Source: Methanosarcina sp.
GTDB lineage: Archaea; Halobacteriota; Methanosarcinia; Methanosarcinales; Methanosarcinaceae
Direction: 5' to 3'
Length of the DNA: 64,000 nucleotides
Assembly (NCBI RefSeq): GCF_049706645.1
Contig: NZ_JBNAKP010000019.1
Location: 153-64,152, forward strand
The position numbers and the translations under genes are program-made. A model generated the notes under the pieces. It saw nothing but the letters and a program-made list of their open reading frames with translations. It was not told where the DNA came from and ran no database searches. Every line of letters starts with the position of its first letter. Positions within the stretch are counted from its first letter, which is position 1. This document shows, piece by piece, positions 38,919-50,444 of the stretch.

Positions 38919-39563
38919 TTAATCTCCTCCGAGGGGCTTAACATTGTCTGAGACATCATGTACAAGTTCGGATTTGTCAACATCGAAAACGATCATGCCG
39001 GTATTTAGCTTCTCGGTTTCTTCTTTGGAGAGTTCGACAGCTTTGGCTTTCTTTGAAATGATCGCGCTGTTTCCAAGGGGATCTTCGATTATGATTGTAA
39101 TTTTTCTCTTGCCCTGGATTACTTCTTCGAGCATGGACAGGAGTTCCTGGCTGCGGGAGGATTTCTCTTCATCCCCCTGTACCCACCTGCTCGCGGTCAT
39201 AAGGACATCCCGGACCCGATGCAGTACACCTTCGATATTTGTCACGTACGATTCCGAAACCGATCCGGGCTCGATAGTAATCCCCATTTCCGGGATGCGG
39301 ATTGTTCCTGAGGTTGAACGGATAACTCTCGCATCCAGGTCTTCCAGGGTTTCGACTGGCATCTCATAGCGCATGGGTTCTTTACTCGAGAGGATCATGG
39401 TATCTGCAAAACGGAAACTGCATTCGCATCTTGCACTGATGTACATGATCTCCCCAAAGTAGGGAATGTTATCTCTCTGCCAGTTCATCACCAGATCTCT
39501 CTGGCACAGAGGACAGCAGATTCTTGTTTCAAACCTTTCCTGTTTAAAAAAATCCGGATTCAA
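38919..39563 (-). CDS. ZPR1-type zinc finger protein
   Basis: CPLC...IPYFGE...CEC, VIRSTSGTIRIPEMG, ITIIIEDPLGNSAI; TTG start overlaps the sepF stop. Confidence 0.92.
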   Translation of the reverse strand: MNPDFFKQERFETRICCPLCQRDLVMNWQRDNIPYFGEIMYISARCECSFRFADTMILSSKEPMRYEMPVETLEDLDARVIRSTSGTIRIPEMGITIEPGSVSESYVTNIEGVLHRVRDVLMTASRWVQGDEEKSSRSQELLSMLEEVIQGKRKITIIIEDPLGNSAIISKKAKAVELSKEETEKLNTGMIVFDVDKSELVHDVSDNVKPLGGD

Positions 39564-39940
39564 TATTTTCCACCAGTTATTTTGGATCTATCAATTTTAA
39601 TGCCTGTTGGGGTTACGACCACAGTATTTCCTTTGACACCTGCGATATCCCCATGAACATCGATAATAACGTCTTTCAGCTCTTTTAAAACCCTGTCTCT
39701 TAGCAGGTCATCGCCCCTGATATTCGAAATGTCTATCATCAGGATATTTCCGTTATAAATCTCCTGCTTAAGCTGGGATACTTGGTTGATGTTCGAGACT
39801 TCTGCGATCTTTACATAAGTTTCTGCAGGCTCGTCCTCGAGAACTTCCTCATATTTGCTGAGATCAATTTCAGTATAATCCTCGGGGCTAGTTGGACTTT
39901 TTACGTTGCTGCCAAGGAGCTTGTCTATGAGTTTTGCCAT
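39560..39940 (-). CDS. sepF: Cell division protein SepF (archaeal type)
   Basis: YVKIAE...KQEIYNGNILMIDI...GDIAG...VVVTPTGIKIDR; start at ATG 39940. Confidence 0.88.
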   Translation of the reverse strand: MAKLIDKLLGSNVKSPTSPEDYTEIDLSKYEEVLEDEPAETYVKIAEVSNINQVSQLKQEIYNGNILMIDISNIRGDDLLRDRVLKELKDVIIDVHGDIAGVKGNTVVVTPTGIKIDRSKITGGKY

Positions 39941-40117
39941 TTTGTGCACACCTTTTATATTTTTTTCAAATTCGAATAGCACTGTCCTATATTGAAATCT
40001 ATATTAATTAATTTTGCTATTATATAGCTGATCCTGATTTGCTTTCGGTTTCAGAAAGTTTTCATTCCCTGCCTGCAGGTTTCGTTTAATGAAAATATAT
40101 TTTACTTCATGGAGTTT

Positions 40118-40603
40118 TCAGAATTCCGTGTTCCAGAGTTTATCCCCTACATGGGTTATTGACTTTATGGCTTTACCTGAAGTAGCTTCGACCATCTCCG
40201 TCCCTCCCATAAGGGCTTTCCCGATTGCAAGAGGTTTTTGATGAGTCTCTTCCACTATGATTACAAGGTCCCCTTCTTTTATTTCGGAGTCTGCAGCCAC
40301 GACTCCCGGAGCCATTATGTCCGCGCCGTTTGAAACAAAACGGATAGCTCCTTTATCAACGGTTACAACACGCTTTTGAAGTCCCATCTCAAGAGCTCCG
40401 CGGACGGTAGGGAAAAGATGTCCTTCGATTTCGAAAAGCAAAGGCTTGCCATCCACAAGGATAACGGAGTATTCCTCAAGGGTGATTTTTTCCAGAGTTT
40501 TATTTTCCAGCGCTGACATCTCTTCGCCGAAAGTGGACACAAGGTCTTTCAACATTTTATTCCTGATATTCTTTCTCAGCTGAACTCTTGACTTTACTTT
40601 CAA
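40118..40603 (-). CDS. PUA-domain RNA-binding protein (DUF1947/MCT-1-like)
   Basis: FPTVRG, VTVDKGAIRFVSNGADIMAPGV, LAIG, HVGDKLW. Confidence 0.88.
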   Translation of the reverse strand: MKVKSRVQLRKNIRNKMLKDLVSTFGEEMSALENKTLEKITLEEYSVILVDGKPLLFEIEGHLFPTVRGALEMGLQKRVVTVDKGAIRFVSNGADIMAPGVVAADSEIKEGDLVIIVEETHQKPLAIGKALMGGTEMVEATSGKAIKSITHVGDKLWNTEF

Positions 40604-40805
40604 TTAATCACCGGATTTCAAATGTTATGTGTTGTTTATAGCATAGGGTTTTTGTGCCTTTTAAAGCTTATGTGGGGATATGGGGTTTCCTGAAACAGAT
40701 TTCTCTTTTCTGCTTTATTTTCGCATTTTACTCAGGGTTTTGCTCGGGTATTTGTTCGGAGTATTTACCTGGGATGAGTAACTTGGGTATTTTTACTCAG
40801 GTATT

Positions 40806-41960
40806 TTACTCAAGTTCTACAAAGAGCACTGCAAGTAACACAAGGGCACTTCCAAAAAATACGGCCTCATAACCGAAGGGCTCCAGGAAGAAGCTTCCAA
40901 AAATCGGGCCCAGCCCAAGCCCCGCATAAATTCCAGTATTAAAAAGCCCCATCGCAAAGCCGCTGGAGCTGATCCTGGAAACGGCTGTAATTAGTCCTAT
41001 GACTGCGGTTCCTCCTCCTGCCCCTATCAGGAAGAAAGCCAGTAAGGGCAACTTTACCGAGAGAAAGATCCCTGCTGCTGCGAGAATTACTCCTGTCCTT
41101 ATTATCTTTTTAGAATTGATGTTTGCCCTGCCTGCAATCAGGGAACTCAGCATTGCAGCCAGATAGGAAGCTGAAATTGCCAGTCCGATTTCGGGTTTTG
41201 TCAGGAAGCCAGCACTGTAATCAGTGTAGTTTGCAGTTAACAGGCCTGTGGCTCCATAAAGAAGCGCTGTAATTCCCCAGATCTTCCCGAAATCGGTTTT
41301 AAACAGGATTTCCCTGGCTTTTCCCATGTAATTTTTCAGTTCGGGAAGTAAAGAGGTGTCCTGCTGATTTCTTACAGGCTTTTCACTCTCTGGAAGCGTA
41401 AGCTTCTTCTCTCTTCTGTTCGGAGAAAGCAATTCTCCGGCTTCCGATAGAAGGAGAATGCAGGAAAGGCCTGCCAGAAATGTAAAGCTGATTATTGCGG
41501 TTTTAATCCCAAACTCGGCAAGCATTCCAGAGAAGAACACACCTGCAGCCAGCCCGGCATTTAGCAAAAAGTTAAATTCCCCAAGACTTTGCTGGCTGTC
41601 CTCCCATTCTGCAATTACAGAGAAAGCTGCAGGAAAAAAAGCACCGCATCCCACTCCTTCTAGAAACCTGGAAATTCCAAGAATCCACGGGCTGTCCGAA
41701 AATGCGATAAATAAACCTGAAAAGACAGTCAGTAGCATTCCGAATCTTATCACCTTCAGGTTTCCGATCCTGTCTGCCAGGATTCCGAGGGGCACGAGGG
41801 CAAGCAGGGCTCCTATAAAATATCCGGAAAATAGAAGGGCTGAAATCGCAGAACCTCCGCTGTCTCCTCCAGCAAGTTCTGGAAGAACAGGGATTATTGC
41901 GTTTGAGAGGCCCTGGAGCGCAAAAACTGACGAATAGAGTGCTAGTTTTTTGAGGTTCAT
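40806..41960 (-). CDS. MFS transporter, paralog 1
   Basis: Motif A GILADRIGN, SRFLEG; 12-TM pattern. Confidence 0.88.
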   Translation of the reverse strand: MNLKKLALYSSVFALQGLSNAIIPVLPELAGGDSGGSAISALLFSGYFIGALLALVPLGILADRIGNLKVIRFGMLLTVFSGLFIAFSDSPWILGISRFLEGVGCGAFFPAAFSVIAEWEDSQQSLGEFNFLLNAGLAAGVFFSGMLAEFGIKTAIISFTFLAGLSCILLLSEAGELLSPNRREKKLTLPESEKPVRNQQDTSLLPELKNYMGKAREILFKTDFGKIWGITALLYGATGLLTANYTDYSAGFLTKPEIGLAISASYLAAMLSSLIAGRANINSKKIIRTGVILAAAGIFLSVKLPLLAFFLIGAGGGTAVIGLITAVSRISSSGFAMGLFNTGIYAGLGLGPIFGSFFLEPFGYEAVFFGSALVLLAVLFVELE

Positions 41961-42076
41961 AGGCTTTTCGATTTTATGTGTTCAGCCCTATACGGATTTT
42001 GTACTCAGTGCTTATTTTCCCTGGATTCTGGAAACTACTCTTATTTCAAAAAATTACTCTATTTCTGAAAACTGCT

Positions 42077-42114
42077 CTTTGCTCTTACTTCTAAGCTTTG
42101 CTCTTACTTCTAAG
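42077..42114. repeat. 19-bp tandem repeat x2 between the MFS genes
   Basis: CTTTGCTCTTACTTCTAAG at 42077 and 42096, inside a longer degenerate repeat tract (~42030-42150). Confidence 0.7.
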
Positions 42115-42271
42115 AACACTCCGATTTTTAAAACTTATTCTTATTTCTAAAAATTCTTCCTGAATATCAGGAAATTTCGTGGAATAAATATCTTACGCAA
42201 TATCCCGTGCTATCCAGTTGAAGGGAACTTACTGGCATAAAACCTGGCTAAGTACCTTTTTGAAGGGTCTT

Positions 42272-43390
42272 TCACTCTCTCAGTATAAGGGCACCTGCTA
42301 GGATACAGCCATTTGCTATAAACAGTTTTTCAAAATCCATAAAATCTGTAAAAATCCCTGCAATAATCGGGGCAAGAGAAAGCCCTGCATAGATAGTCGT
42401 GTTAAAAAGCCCCATTACAAGACCCCTGTCAGCATTCATTCTGGCAACAGCCAGGGCAAAACCTACAGTTGCGACCCCGGACCCTCCACCAAGGCTTGAG
42501 AATCCCAACAAAGGATATTTTATTGCAGAGAGGGCACCAAGGACCGAAAATCCTATCCCTATTCGAATTAAGGTTTTCTCCTTTACTTTGAAGTGCCCTG
42601 CAAGCAGAGAGGTAACCATTGCACAGACATAAAGGCTGGAAATCGAGATTCCAAGCTGGGCTTTTGTTATAGTGCCCAGGCTGTAGTCAGGATAGTAGGC
42701 TACAAGCACTCCAATGGCTCCGTTAAGCAGGAAAGAACTGAGCCAGAGCCCTGAGTTGTCACCGCTCAGGAGCTCTTTAATTTCTCTGTAAGGCTTTCTG
42801 AAAAGGCCAGAGCCTTTTAATGAACCCGGTCTTCCTTCGCACTCAGGATGAACCAGTCCTCTGTACCTGGAAAGCAGGTACACGGTCAAAAGGAAAGCGA
42901 TGACTGTAAAGATAAGGATTGCTCCTTTCAGGTAGGTGTCTGCCAGCAACCCTGAGAGAAAGGCTCCTGCTGCCAGGCCGGCATTGAAAAGAAAAGTAAA
43001 TTCCCCTATATAGCGCCCTGGATTACTGAGTTTTGATAATATGGTAAAGGCAGCCGGGAAAAAAGCTCCACAGGCAGAACCTTCTATAAACCTCGCAATC
43101 AAAAGAATCCAGAGGTTTTCGAAGAACAGGATAGTCAACCCTGAAATGGCCGTCAGAACGATACCCAGCCCTATGAACTTCAAATTTCCGAACCTGTCCG
43201 CGAGAATCCCAAAGGGGAGCATTGTTCCCAGGGCTCCGAGGAAATAGGCTGAAAAGAGCAGGCTTGAGGCAAATCCTCCAGAAGAGCTGTTACTCAGGCT
43301 CGCAAGCTCCGGAAGGATAGGGATAACAGCGTTAGAGAGCCCCATTATCGTAAAAGCTGCTCCGTAAATCAAAAGCCTGTGAAGGTTCAT
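42272..43390 (-). CDS. MFS transporter, paralog 2
   Basis: GILADRFGN, ARFIEG; N-terminus clearly homologous to paralog 1 (GLSNA(I/V)IP(V/I)LPELA). Confidence 0.88.
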   Translation of the reverse strand: MNLHRLLIYGAAFTIMGLSNAVIPILPELASLSNSSSGGFASSLLFSAYFLGALGTMLPFGILADRFGNLKFIGLGIVLTAISGLTILFFENLWILLIARFIEGSACGAFFPAAFTILSKLSNPGRYIGEFTFLFNAGLAAGAFLSGLLADTYLKGAILIFTVIAFLLTVYLLSRYRGLVHPECEGRPGSLKGSGLFRKPYREIKELLSGDNSGLWLSSFLLNGAIGVLVAYYPDYSLGTITKAQLGISISSLYVCAMVTSLLAGHFKVKEKTLIRIGIGFSVLGALSAIKYPLLGFSSLGGGSGVATVGFALAVARMNADRGLVMGLFNTTIYAGLSLAPIIAGIFTDFMDFEKLFIANGCILAGALILRE

Positions 43391-43673
43391 AGCACTAAAA
43401 ACCCTTAATTAAGTATATAGTTTCTTGTCGCCATTTCTTGTCGCAGCAGCATTCTGAAACTCGCCTTCGGAAGGCTAAAATGCCTGAAACGAACCTTTAA
43501 AGGCTTCTTCAGCCGTTCGCAGGATTTTTATCTATTGCACAGTTATATAATGCGTACTAAGAAAATTGAATCTGGCTGCCATGCCTGGATTCTTACTATA
43601 TCATGACGCTTTTATTATAATAAATCGGATAGAATGCATAGCTATTTATATAATTAGTTTGAATAGGGGTAAT

Positions 43674-43812
43674 GTGAGTAATGTGAGCGGGAAACTTTTT
43701 TCACATACCATACCCCCCACTCCCCATATGACCCCCCACTCCCCAACCCGCTCACACTACTTCTACTTAACAATCTAATATTTAACAATCGAATTCGTTT
43801 TTTTACTTTTTT
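43674..43812 (+). ncRNA. Candidate intergenic sRNA
   Basis: TTTATATA at 43645-43652; 15-bp stem 43677-43691 / 43747-43761; loop with ACCCCCCACTCCCCA twice; oligo-T tracts from 43797. Confidence 0.4.
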
Positions 43813-44165
43813 AGGCTCTTAGCTCGCTGTTTCTTTATAATTTTCTTTTTATTTCTTTAGAGATTCGCTCGATTTTTTTAGACTTTTAGTTCACTTTTTA
43901 GACTCTCAACTCCCTTTTTACTTCACTGCTGATGAAGAAAGAAGAGATGAAGCAAAAAGATCAAGAAGAGCTTGTTTTGACGAAGATCCTTTTTTACAGG
44001 AACTTACTTTCACAGAAACTCTCCTTCATCCAGAGAAAACTAACCAGCTCACGCTGTTTTGAGTTCGGAGTGACAATTTAAAAAGTAATGATTTAAAAAT
44101 AGAAAATTAGATGAAATTTGAGAAAGGCTCAGGGCTCCTCATGAGATTTTTGGATTTCCCTTTTA

Positions 44166-46181
44166 TCAGAAGAGGCCTCTGCCTATCATAAGGGAAGAGA
44201 AGAGGATTGCTACCATATTTACCACTTTAATCAGGGCGTTAAGGGCAGGTCCGGCAGTGTCCTTGAAAGGATCACCTACGGTATCCCCGATTATTGCAGC
44301 TTTATGAGCTTCAGAGCCTTTTCCTCCGTGCGCTCCGTCTTCAATCAGTTTTTTTGCATTATCCCATGCCCCTCCGCCGTTATCCATCAGGAGGGCAACC
44401 ATAAACCCTACCACTATGAGGCCTATCAGGAGTCCTGCAAGTGCCTTCGGCCCCAGGAGGAAGCCTACCAGCAAAGGCACAAGTATGGCAAGAAAACCTG
44501 GCATTGCCATTTCATGAAGTGCAGCTTTTGTGACTATGTCAACACAGCGCCCGTATTCCGGCTTTGCAGTCCCTTCCATGATTCCGGGGATTTCTCTGAA
44601 CTGCCTTCGGACCTCATTTACGATTTCGAACGCAGCCTTTCCCACTGCGCTCATGGTTACTGCGCTGAATACAAAAGGCAGCAGTGCTCCAAGCAGCAGT
44701 CCTGCAAGCACCACCGGATCATCAAGGTTCAGGGCCTGGTCTCCAAGGTTTACCTTATTCCGGTAGTCCGCAAAAAGAGCAAGTGCACCAAGAGCAGCCG
44801 AGCTTATGGCATATCCTTTGGTAACGGCTTTTGTAGTGTTCCCCACAGCATCCAGGGCATCCGTAACTTTCCTGACCTCGGCTGGAAGTTTTGCCATCTG
44901 GGCGATTCCTCCGGCGTTGTCGGTAATCGGGCCGTAAGAATCCAGAGCAACTATCATGCCTGTAGTTGAGAGCATTGCAACGGCGGCAATAGCAATCCCA
45001 TAGAGACCGGTTTCGGGATCGGCTGCTCCGCCCACTACATAATACGATGCAAGAATTCCGACTACGATTACTACGGTAGGCATAAGCGTACTTTCAAAAC
45101 CTATAGACAGCCCTGAGATGATATTGGTTGCAGCCCCGGTTTCGGAGGAGGATGCAATGTTTTTCACAGGCCTGTATTTTGTAGAAGTATAGTACTCGGT
45201 GATAATAACCATGAGCACCATGATAATAATGCCTATGAGTGTCGCATAATAAAATCTCAGGCTCCCCATCAGGGCATCGGTAATAAAGTAAAATGCAACC
45301 AGGCTGATTGTCGCCGAACCGGCTACACCCTTATAAAGAGCCCGTATAATGCTTCCTTCTTTTCCTAATTTAACAAAAAATATGGATATGATGGATGCAA
45401 AGATCGCGGCTGAACCCAGTATTAGGGGATAAAGGATTGCGTTTTCGTAAATGCCGGTTATAAGGGAGCCGAGCAGCATTGCAGCCAGAGAAGTTACAAC
45501 ATAGGTTTCGAAAAGGTCGGCTCCCATACCTGCGCAGTCTCCGACGTTATCGCCTACGTTGTCGGCGATTACGGCAGGATTTCTCGGGTCGTCTTCAGGA
45601 ATTCCTGCCTCGATCTTACCTACAAGATCCGCGCCAACATCCGCAGCCTTTGTGAAAATTCCTCCGCCTACTCTGGCAAAAAGGCTTATCAGGCTGGCGC
45701 CAAAACCGAACCCTACAACCAGATTCACATCCTTATAGAGAATATAAAATCCGCTTGTCCCGAGCAGTGCAAGCCCTACTACGGCAAGCCCTGTGACCGC
45801 TCCCCCTTGAAATGCAACCGCTAAGGCTTTTTCAAGTCCGCTTGAGGCCGCGTGAGCAGTCCTGACATTTGCTCGAACTGAAACACTCATCCCAATATAG
45901 CCGGCAGCGGCAGAACTGATAGCTCCTGCCAGAAAACCTGCTGCAATTTTAAGTCCGTCATCAAGCAAAAAGAAAATTAAGAGCGCAAGAATGATCGAAA
46001 CTATTGTGATCGTTCTGTATTGACGGTTTAAGTAAGCCCTCGCCCCCTCCTGAATTGCGCCGGCAATTTCCTGCATCCTTTCGTTTCCGGTCTCTTCTTT
46101 GAGGACACTGTTTGCAAAAAACGCAGCGAAGGCCAGACTTATGATGCCTGCTAAAGGGGCGACGAATATTAAACCTTCCAT
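44166..46181 (-). CDS. hppA: Membrane pyrophosphatase, K+-independent H+-pumping type
   Basis: [48 protein letters not shown]; GNTTKA (Lys) determinant. Confidence 0.93.
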   Translation of the reverse strand: MEGLIFVAPLAGIISLAFAAFFANSVLKEETGNERMQEIAGAIQEGARAYLNRQYRTITIVSIILALLIFFLLDDGLKIAAGFLAGAISSAAAGYIGMSVSVRANVRTAHAASSGLEKALAVAFQGGAVTGLAVVGLALLGTSGFYILYKDVNLVVGFGFGASLISLFARVGGGIFTKAADVGADLVGKIEAGIPEDDPRNPAVIADNVGDNVGDCAGMGADLFETYVVTSLAAMLLGSLITGIYENAILYPLILGSAAIFASIISIFFVKLGKEGSIIRALYKGVAGSATISLVAFYFITDALMGSLRFYYATLIGIIIMVLMVIITEYYTSTKYRPVKNIASSSETGAATNIISGLSIGFESTLMPTVVIVVGILASYYVVGGAADPETGLYGIAIAAVAMLSTTGMIVALDSYGPITDNAGGIAQMAKLPAEVRKVTDALDAVGNTTKAVTKGYAISSAALGALALFADYRNKVNLGDQALNLDDPVVLAGLLLGALLPFVFSAVTMSAVGKAAFEIVNEVRRQFREIPGIMEGTAKPEYGRCVDIVTKAALHEMAMPGFLAILVPLLVGFLLGPKALAGLLIGLIVVGFMVALLMDNGGGAWDNAKKLIEDGAHGGKGSEAHKAAIIGDTVGDPFKDTAGPALNALIKVVNMVAILFSSLMIGRGLF

Positions 46182-46524
46182 AAATTTCCTGTCCTCTGGT
46201 TCTGATATCCACTCAGATTTTTATTTTTTCATTCTTCAAATAATCCCTGTCCTTTAGCTTAACTTTCCTCTCGTTTCTCCAGTATAATTTATATTTATTT
46301 GATATTATAATGATGTGTACGCAATAACTTGGTGTTGTTCTGAAGTATTATTCTGAGTTTTTAAGCCTCGATTCTACGAAAGTGCAGATAATTATTTTTT
46401 ATATAAACTTTTGAACTCTTCTACCTGTTACGTTGTTTCTTTAATTGTTTTTACGAGAAACTCCAACTTTTTATCGCAGAATACACTTTTCTTTGCCAGA
46501 AGATTCTAAATAAATTCGCGGAAG

Positions 46525-46640
46525 ATAGGGATGGACAGTAGGGGTAAAAGTAGGGGTAAAAGTAGGGATGAACAGTAGAATAGAATGATAAAATGAGTTA
46601 TACATCTAAAATAAAATAAAATAAAATAAAATAAAAAAAG
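46525..46640. repeat. 12-bp repeats (AGTAGGGGTAAA) followed by (TAAAA)x6; oligo-T terminator-like on the minus strand
   Basis: Exact units at 46537 and 46549 with degenerate neighbours; TAAAA run at 46607-46636, downstream of the second hppA. Confidence 0.65.
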
Positions 46641-46764
46641 ATCTAAAAAATTTCCGGATATTAAAATAAAAAAATATCCGGAAGACCGAAAAACGAGTTC
46701 TAAATCTGTATCCTTTAGTAGAGGAAGCCTTACAACATCTGGTGTTGTAAGGCTTGATCTCATA

Positions 46765-49257
46765 TTATTCTTGATCAGCAGCCGATTCCTTCATTACTTC
46801 TCTGCTGGGATTCTCATTTCGTAGAGGGATTCTCATTCCGTAGAATGAACGCCAGACAAAGAATAGCGCAATCAAAAGGAATATGCCGCCTACATACGGA
46901 GCTATATTTCGGAATGACTCGGAGATAGCTATTTCCATGGCTAAGAGGCCAAACAGGGTAGTGAATTTGATGATCGGATTCAGGGCAACTGATGAAGTAT
47001 CTTTAAATGGATCCCCTACGGTATCACCTACCACTGTTGCTTCGTGTAAAGCTGTGCCTTTTTCCTGAAGGTCTACTTCCACTACCTTTTTGGCATTGTC
47101 CCAGCAACCACCGGCATTTGCCATGAACACGGCCTGGAACAGTCCGAATACTGCAATGGAGATCAGATAGGAGACAAAGAACGCCACGGAGTCTTTCCCG
47201 GCTGTGGGAGCAGAGAGGCAGGAAAACGCCAGAGTAAAGGAGAATATGGCGATAAATATATTGAACATGCCCTGTTGCGCATACTGAGTGCAGATTTTTA
47301 CCACTTCTTTTGACTTTTCAGTGGCTGCTTTCTGGCTGGCTTTTTCATCAAGCTGTATGTTCATCTTGATATATTCAACTGCCCGGTAGGCTCCGGTAGT
47401 TACGGCCTGGGTTGATGCCCCGGTAAACCAGTAAATTACAGAACCGCCTGCTAAAAACCCGAAGATAGTATAGGGATTGAGCAGGGTCAAAATTTCTTCC
47501 GGTTGTACTCCGAGAACGTCCTTAATGACTAGAATCAAAGAGAAGATCATGGTTGTGGCGCCAACTACAGCTGTGCCTATTAAGACCGGTTTGGCTGTGG
47601 CCTTAAAAGTATTTCCTGCTCCGTCGTTTGCTTCCAGATAGTGTTTGGCTTTATCGAAATCCGGTTTGAAATTGAATTCTCTCTGGATCTCCTCCTTTAT
47701 TTTCGGAATGGTTTCTATAAGCGACAGTTCGTAAATGGATTGGGCATTATCCGTTACCGGTCCGTAACTGTCAACTGCTATGGTAACAGGGCCCATGCCC
47801 AGCATCCCGAAGGCCACAAGGCCGAATGCAAATATGGAGGGATATATCATTATCTCGCTCAAACCATACCCGCTGGCATAATAGGCAACGAACATGAGTG
47901 CGAAGAATACCATACCGATCCAGAACGCGCTGAAGTTACCTGCAACCAGTCCGGACAGGATGTTAAGAGATGGGCCTCCTTCGCGGGAAGCTTTGACGAC
48001 CTCGGCTACATGCAGGGAATTCGGGCTGGTAAATACCTTGGTAAATTCGGGAATTAAAGCCGCTCCCAGGGTTCCACAGCTGATTATCACTGAAAGCACC
48101 AGCCAGAGCTTCTGCAACTGGGCAGGTACGTCGGCGGAACCCGGGCCCAGCAGGTAATAGCTTACGGCAAAAGTTACTGCAATGGAGAGAATGGAAGTGA
48201 TCCATACCAGGCTGGTAAGAGGCTGCTCAAAATCAAAATCATCTTTGCTGCCGAATCTTGCCTGGCTGAGTGCCCTGTTGATATAGAAAGATGTTACGGA
48301 GGTAATGATCATGAGTACACGCATGACAAAGATCCAGGTAAGCAGGGTTCCGGTCAGGGCAGGCTGCACAGCCAGAACTATAAAGGAGACGAGGGCGACT
48401 CCGGTTACACCATAGGTTTCAAATCCGTCTGCGGTCGGTCCTACACTGTCACCTGCATTATCTCCGGTGCAGTCGGCAATAACACCTGGATTTCTCGGGT
48501 CGTCTTCTTTTATTCCAAAAACGATTTTCATCAGATCGGAGCCTATATCGGCGATCTTGGTGAATATCCCGCCTGCAATACGTAAGGCGCTGGCTCCAAG
48601 GGATTCTCCTATTGCAAAGCCTATAAAGCTTGCTCCGGCCAATTCTCTGGGAACAAACAGCAATATAATTAACATCATTATTAACTCAACGCAGACCAGA
48701 AGCACGCCTATGCTCATCCCCGCATCGAGAGCGATATTTAACAGTTTCAGGGGTTTCTTTTCCAGGGATGCGAATGCTGTCCTGCTGTTAGCCAGGGTAT
48801 TCATACGAATTCCATACCACGCGACGCTGTAAGAACCCAGTATCCCTAATATAGTCCAGGCCAGGATGAGCAATACCCCGCTAAGAGGCATTTTCTGAAG
48901 GAAGCCAAAGTAAAAGGCTATACAGAAGCCGATAAAAACAAATAATATGCACAGCAGCTTACCCTGCTGGATAAGATAGGTTTTACAGGTCTCGTAAATT
49001 ATGTTGGCCACATCCAGCATGGACTGATGGGCCCTGATTCTTCTCACCCTCGTAAACTGGTAATAACCGAACAGCATGCCTAATACACAGACCACGATAC
49101 CCCAGAGCAGCAAGTTATTTTGCCCCTGGCTTAAATTCGGAATTTTAAGATTCGCTTCACTGGCAGCTGCTATTGCCGGTGTTAACGACAGTATGGCCAG
49201 GCTAAACAGGCCTTCGAGCGTTGCCTTGACCACCCTATTTTTCATTACGATCTCCAT
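46765..49257 (-). CDS. hppA: Membrane pyrophosphatase, long divergent subfamily
   Basis: [55 protein letters not shown]; 830 aa with a signal-like N-terminus. Confidence 0.9.
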   Translation of the reverse strand: MEIVMKNRVVKATLEGLFSLAILSLTPAIAAASEANLKIPNLSQGQNNLLLWGIVVCVLGMLFGYYQFTRVRRIRAHQSMLDVANIIYETCKTYLIQQGKLLCILFVFIGFCIAFYFGFLQKMPLSGVLLILAWTILGILGSYSVAWYGIRMNTLANSRTAFASLEKKPLKLLNIALDAGMSIGVLLVCVELIMMLIILLFVPRELAGASFIGFAIGESLGASALRIAGGIFTKIADIGSDLMKIVFGIKEDDPRNPGVIADCTGDNAGDSVGPTADGFETYGVTGVALVSFIVLAVQPALTGTLLTWIFVMRVLMIITSVTSFYINRALSQARFGSKDDFDFEQPLTSLVWITSILSIAVTFAVSYYLLGPGSADVPAQLQKLWLVLSVIISCGTLGAALIPEFTKVFTSPNSLHVAEVVKASREGGPSLNILSGLVAGNFSAFWIGMVFFALMFVAYYASGYGLSEIMIYPSIFAFGLVAFGMLGMGPVTIAVDSYGPVTDNAQSIYELSLIETIPKIKEEIQREFNFKPDFDKAKHYLEANDGAGNTFKATAKPVLIGTAVVGATTMIFSLILVIKDVLGVQPEEILTLLNPYTIFGFLAGGSVIYWFTGASTQAVTTGAYRAVEYIKMNIQLDEKASQKAATEKSKEVVKICTQYAQQGMFNIFIAIFSFTLAFSCLSAPTAGKDSVAFFVSYLISIAVFGLFQAVFMANAGGCWDNAKKVVEVDLQEKGTALHEATVVGDTVGDPFKDTSSVALNPIIKFTTLFGLLAMEIAISESFRNIAPYVGGIFLLIALFFVWRSFYGMRIPLRNENPSREVMKESAADQE

Positions 49258-50444
49258 TTAGCCGATCACTTCTCTCATCACATTTTTGAAAGATAAATTG
49301 GGATTCTCTATTATTAAAGACACTTTTCGACGAAATGTAAGCAATTATTTTTATGTTTTTGTGCAGTTTGCGGGGAATTAGGGTCTTTTGAGTAGGATCG
49401 AGCCTCTATAATTGCCCTTCCCCAGCAAACTTCAAATTTAAAATATATTTTTATCCTGGAAGATAACCCAAATTAGACTTTCAGGTTTTTCCCATTTTGT
49501 TTATGAGCTTAGATATCTGCATTAGTAATTATGCGCCTTATAACAGGATTCCCCTAACGGAAAGGGTAGCATGAGGCTATTTGTGACGTAGTCCCTGTTG
49601 CACTCTAAGAGTAATATATCTATTTTGTTACAGTGTACGTCACGTTGATTAGTGTTATTAGTAGTGATAATTGGTCACGATCAGCAGAGTCAGCTCTATA
49701 GCTAACTTCTCGATGTTCATGAGTCTCGAATCTATTTTTAGTCTGGATGCGGTTTCGTCGAAATATATTTTAATGTAACTAAATTTGAGCCGTTAAAGTG
49801 TCATTTTCGACAAGGCGTAAACAGTTATTTTTTATATAAGCTTTTTTGCACCTTTGTCTGATCGACAACCTCTAAGTTATTTTTACGATAATTCCTCTCT
49901 TTCTACTAATAGTATCTGTTTTCCTATCGAAGAACCCAAACTACAGCCACAATTATGATCTGCTGATCAGGCAATATAAAAAGAAAGAACTGTAATAAAA
50001 AGTTTGCTGAGAGGCAAACCCCGGACATTCTATCTTTTAACGGGTTCGTTCTAGGTTTTTTCAATTAAATTGCTATAAATTATAAAGATATCGGTAAAAT
50101 TCTGATGGAAAAAAGTAATTCTATTTGTAATTTGTATTTTTCAGTTATTTATATACTAAATCAATAAGGTAATAAGTTTCCGGCTTCCTAAACGGGAATG
50201 TAAGAAAACGAAGTTTTTTATTCAGATTCCATAATAATAAATTTTCAAAGAGCATGTTGGTAAAAAAAGGCTAAAGAAACGTTATTTATAAAACTAGCTG
50301 CATAATACGGTGAAAGTAGATTTATATAAGATAGCCATACTACGTGTATGCTCCTATTGAAAAACAGGTTCATTCAGAAATTGAATTGGGCAGTTTCTGT
50401 AGACTCCAACTTAAAATATCTTTATCAGTTTAGAAACACTAAAT

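Noticed and set aside
49990-50060. c-di-GMP-I, fluoride or Na+ riboswitch upstream of the mPPases
   Set aside because: Only a GGCAAAC fragment is present; the GNRA/receptor and P2 elements and the crcB consensus were not found by eye.
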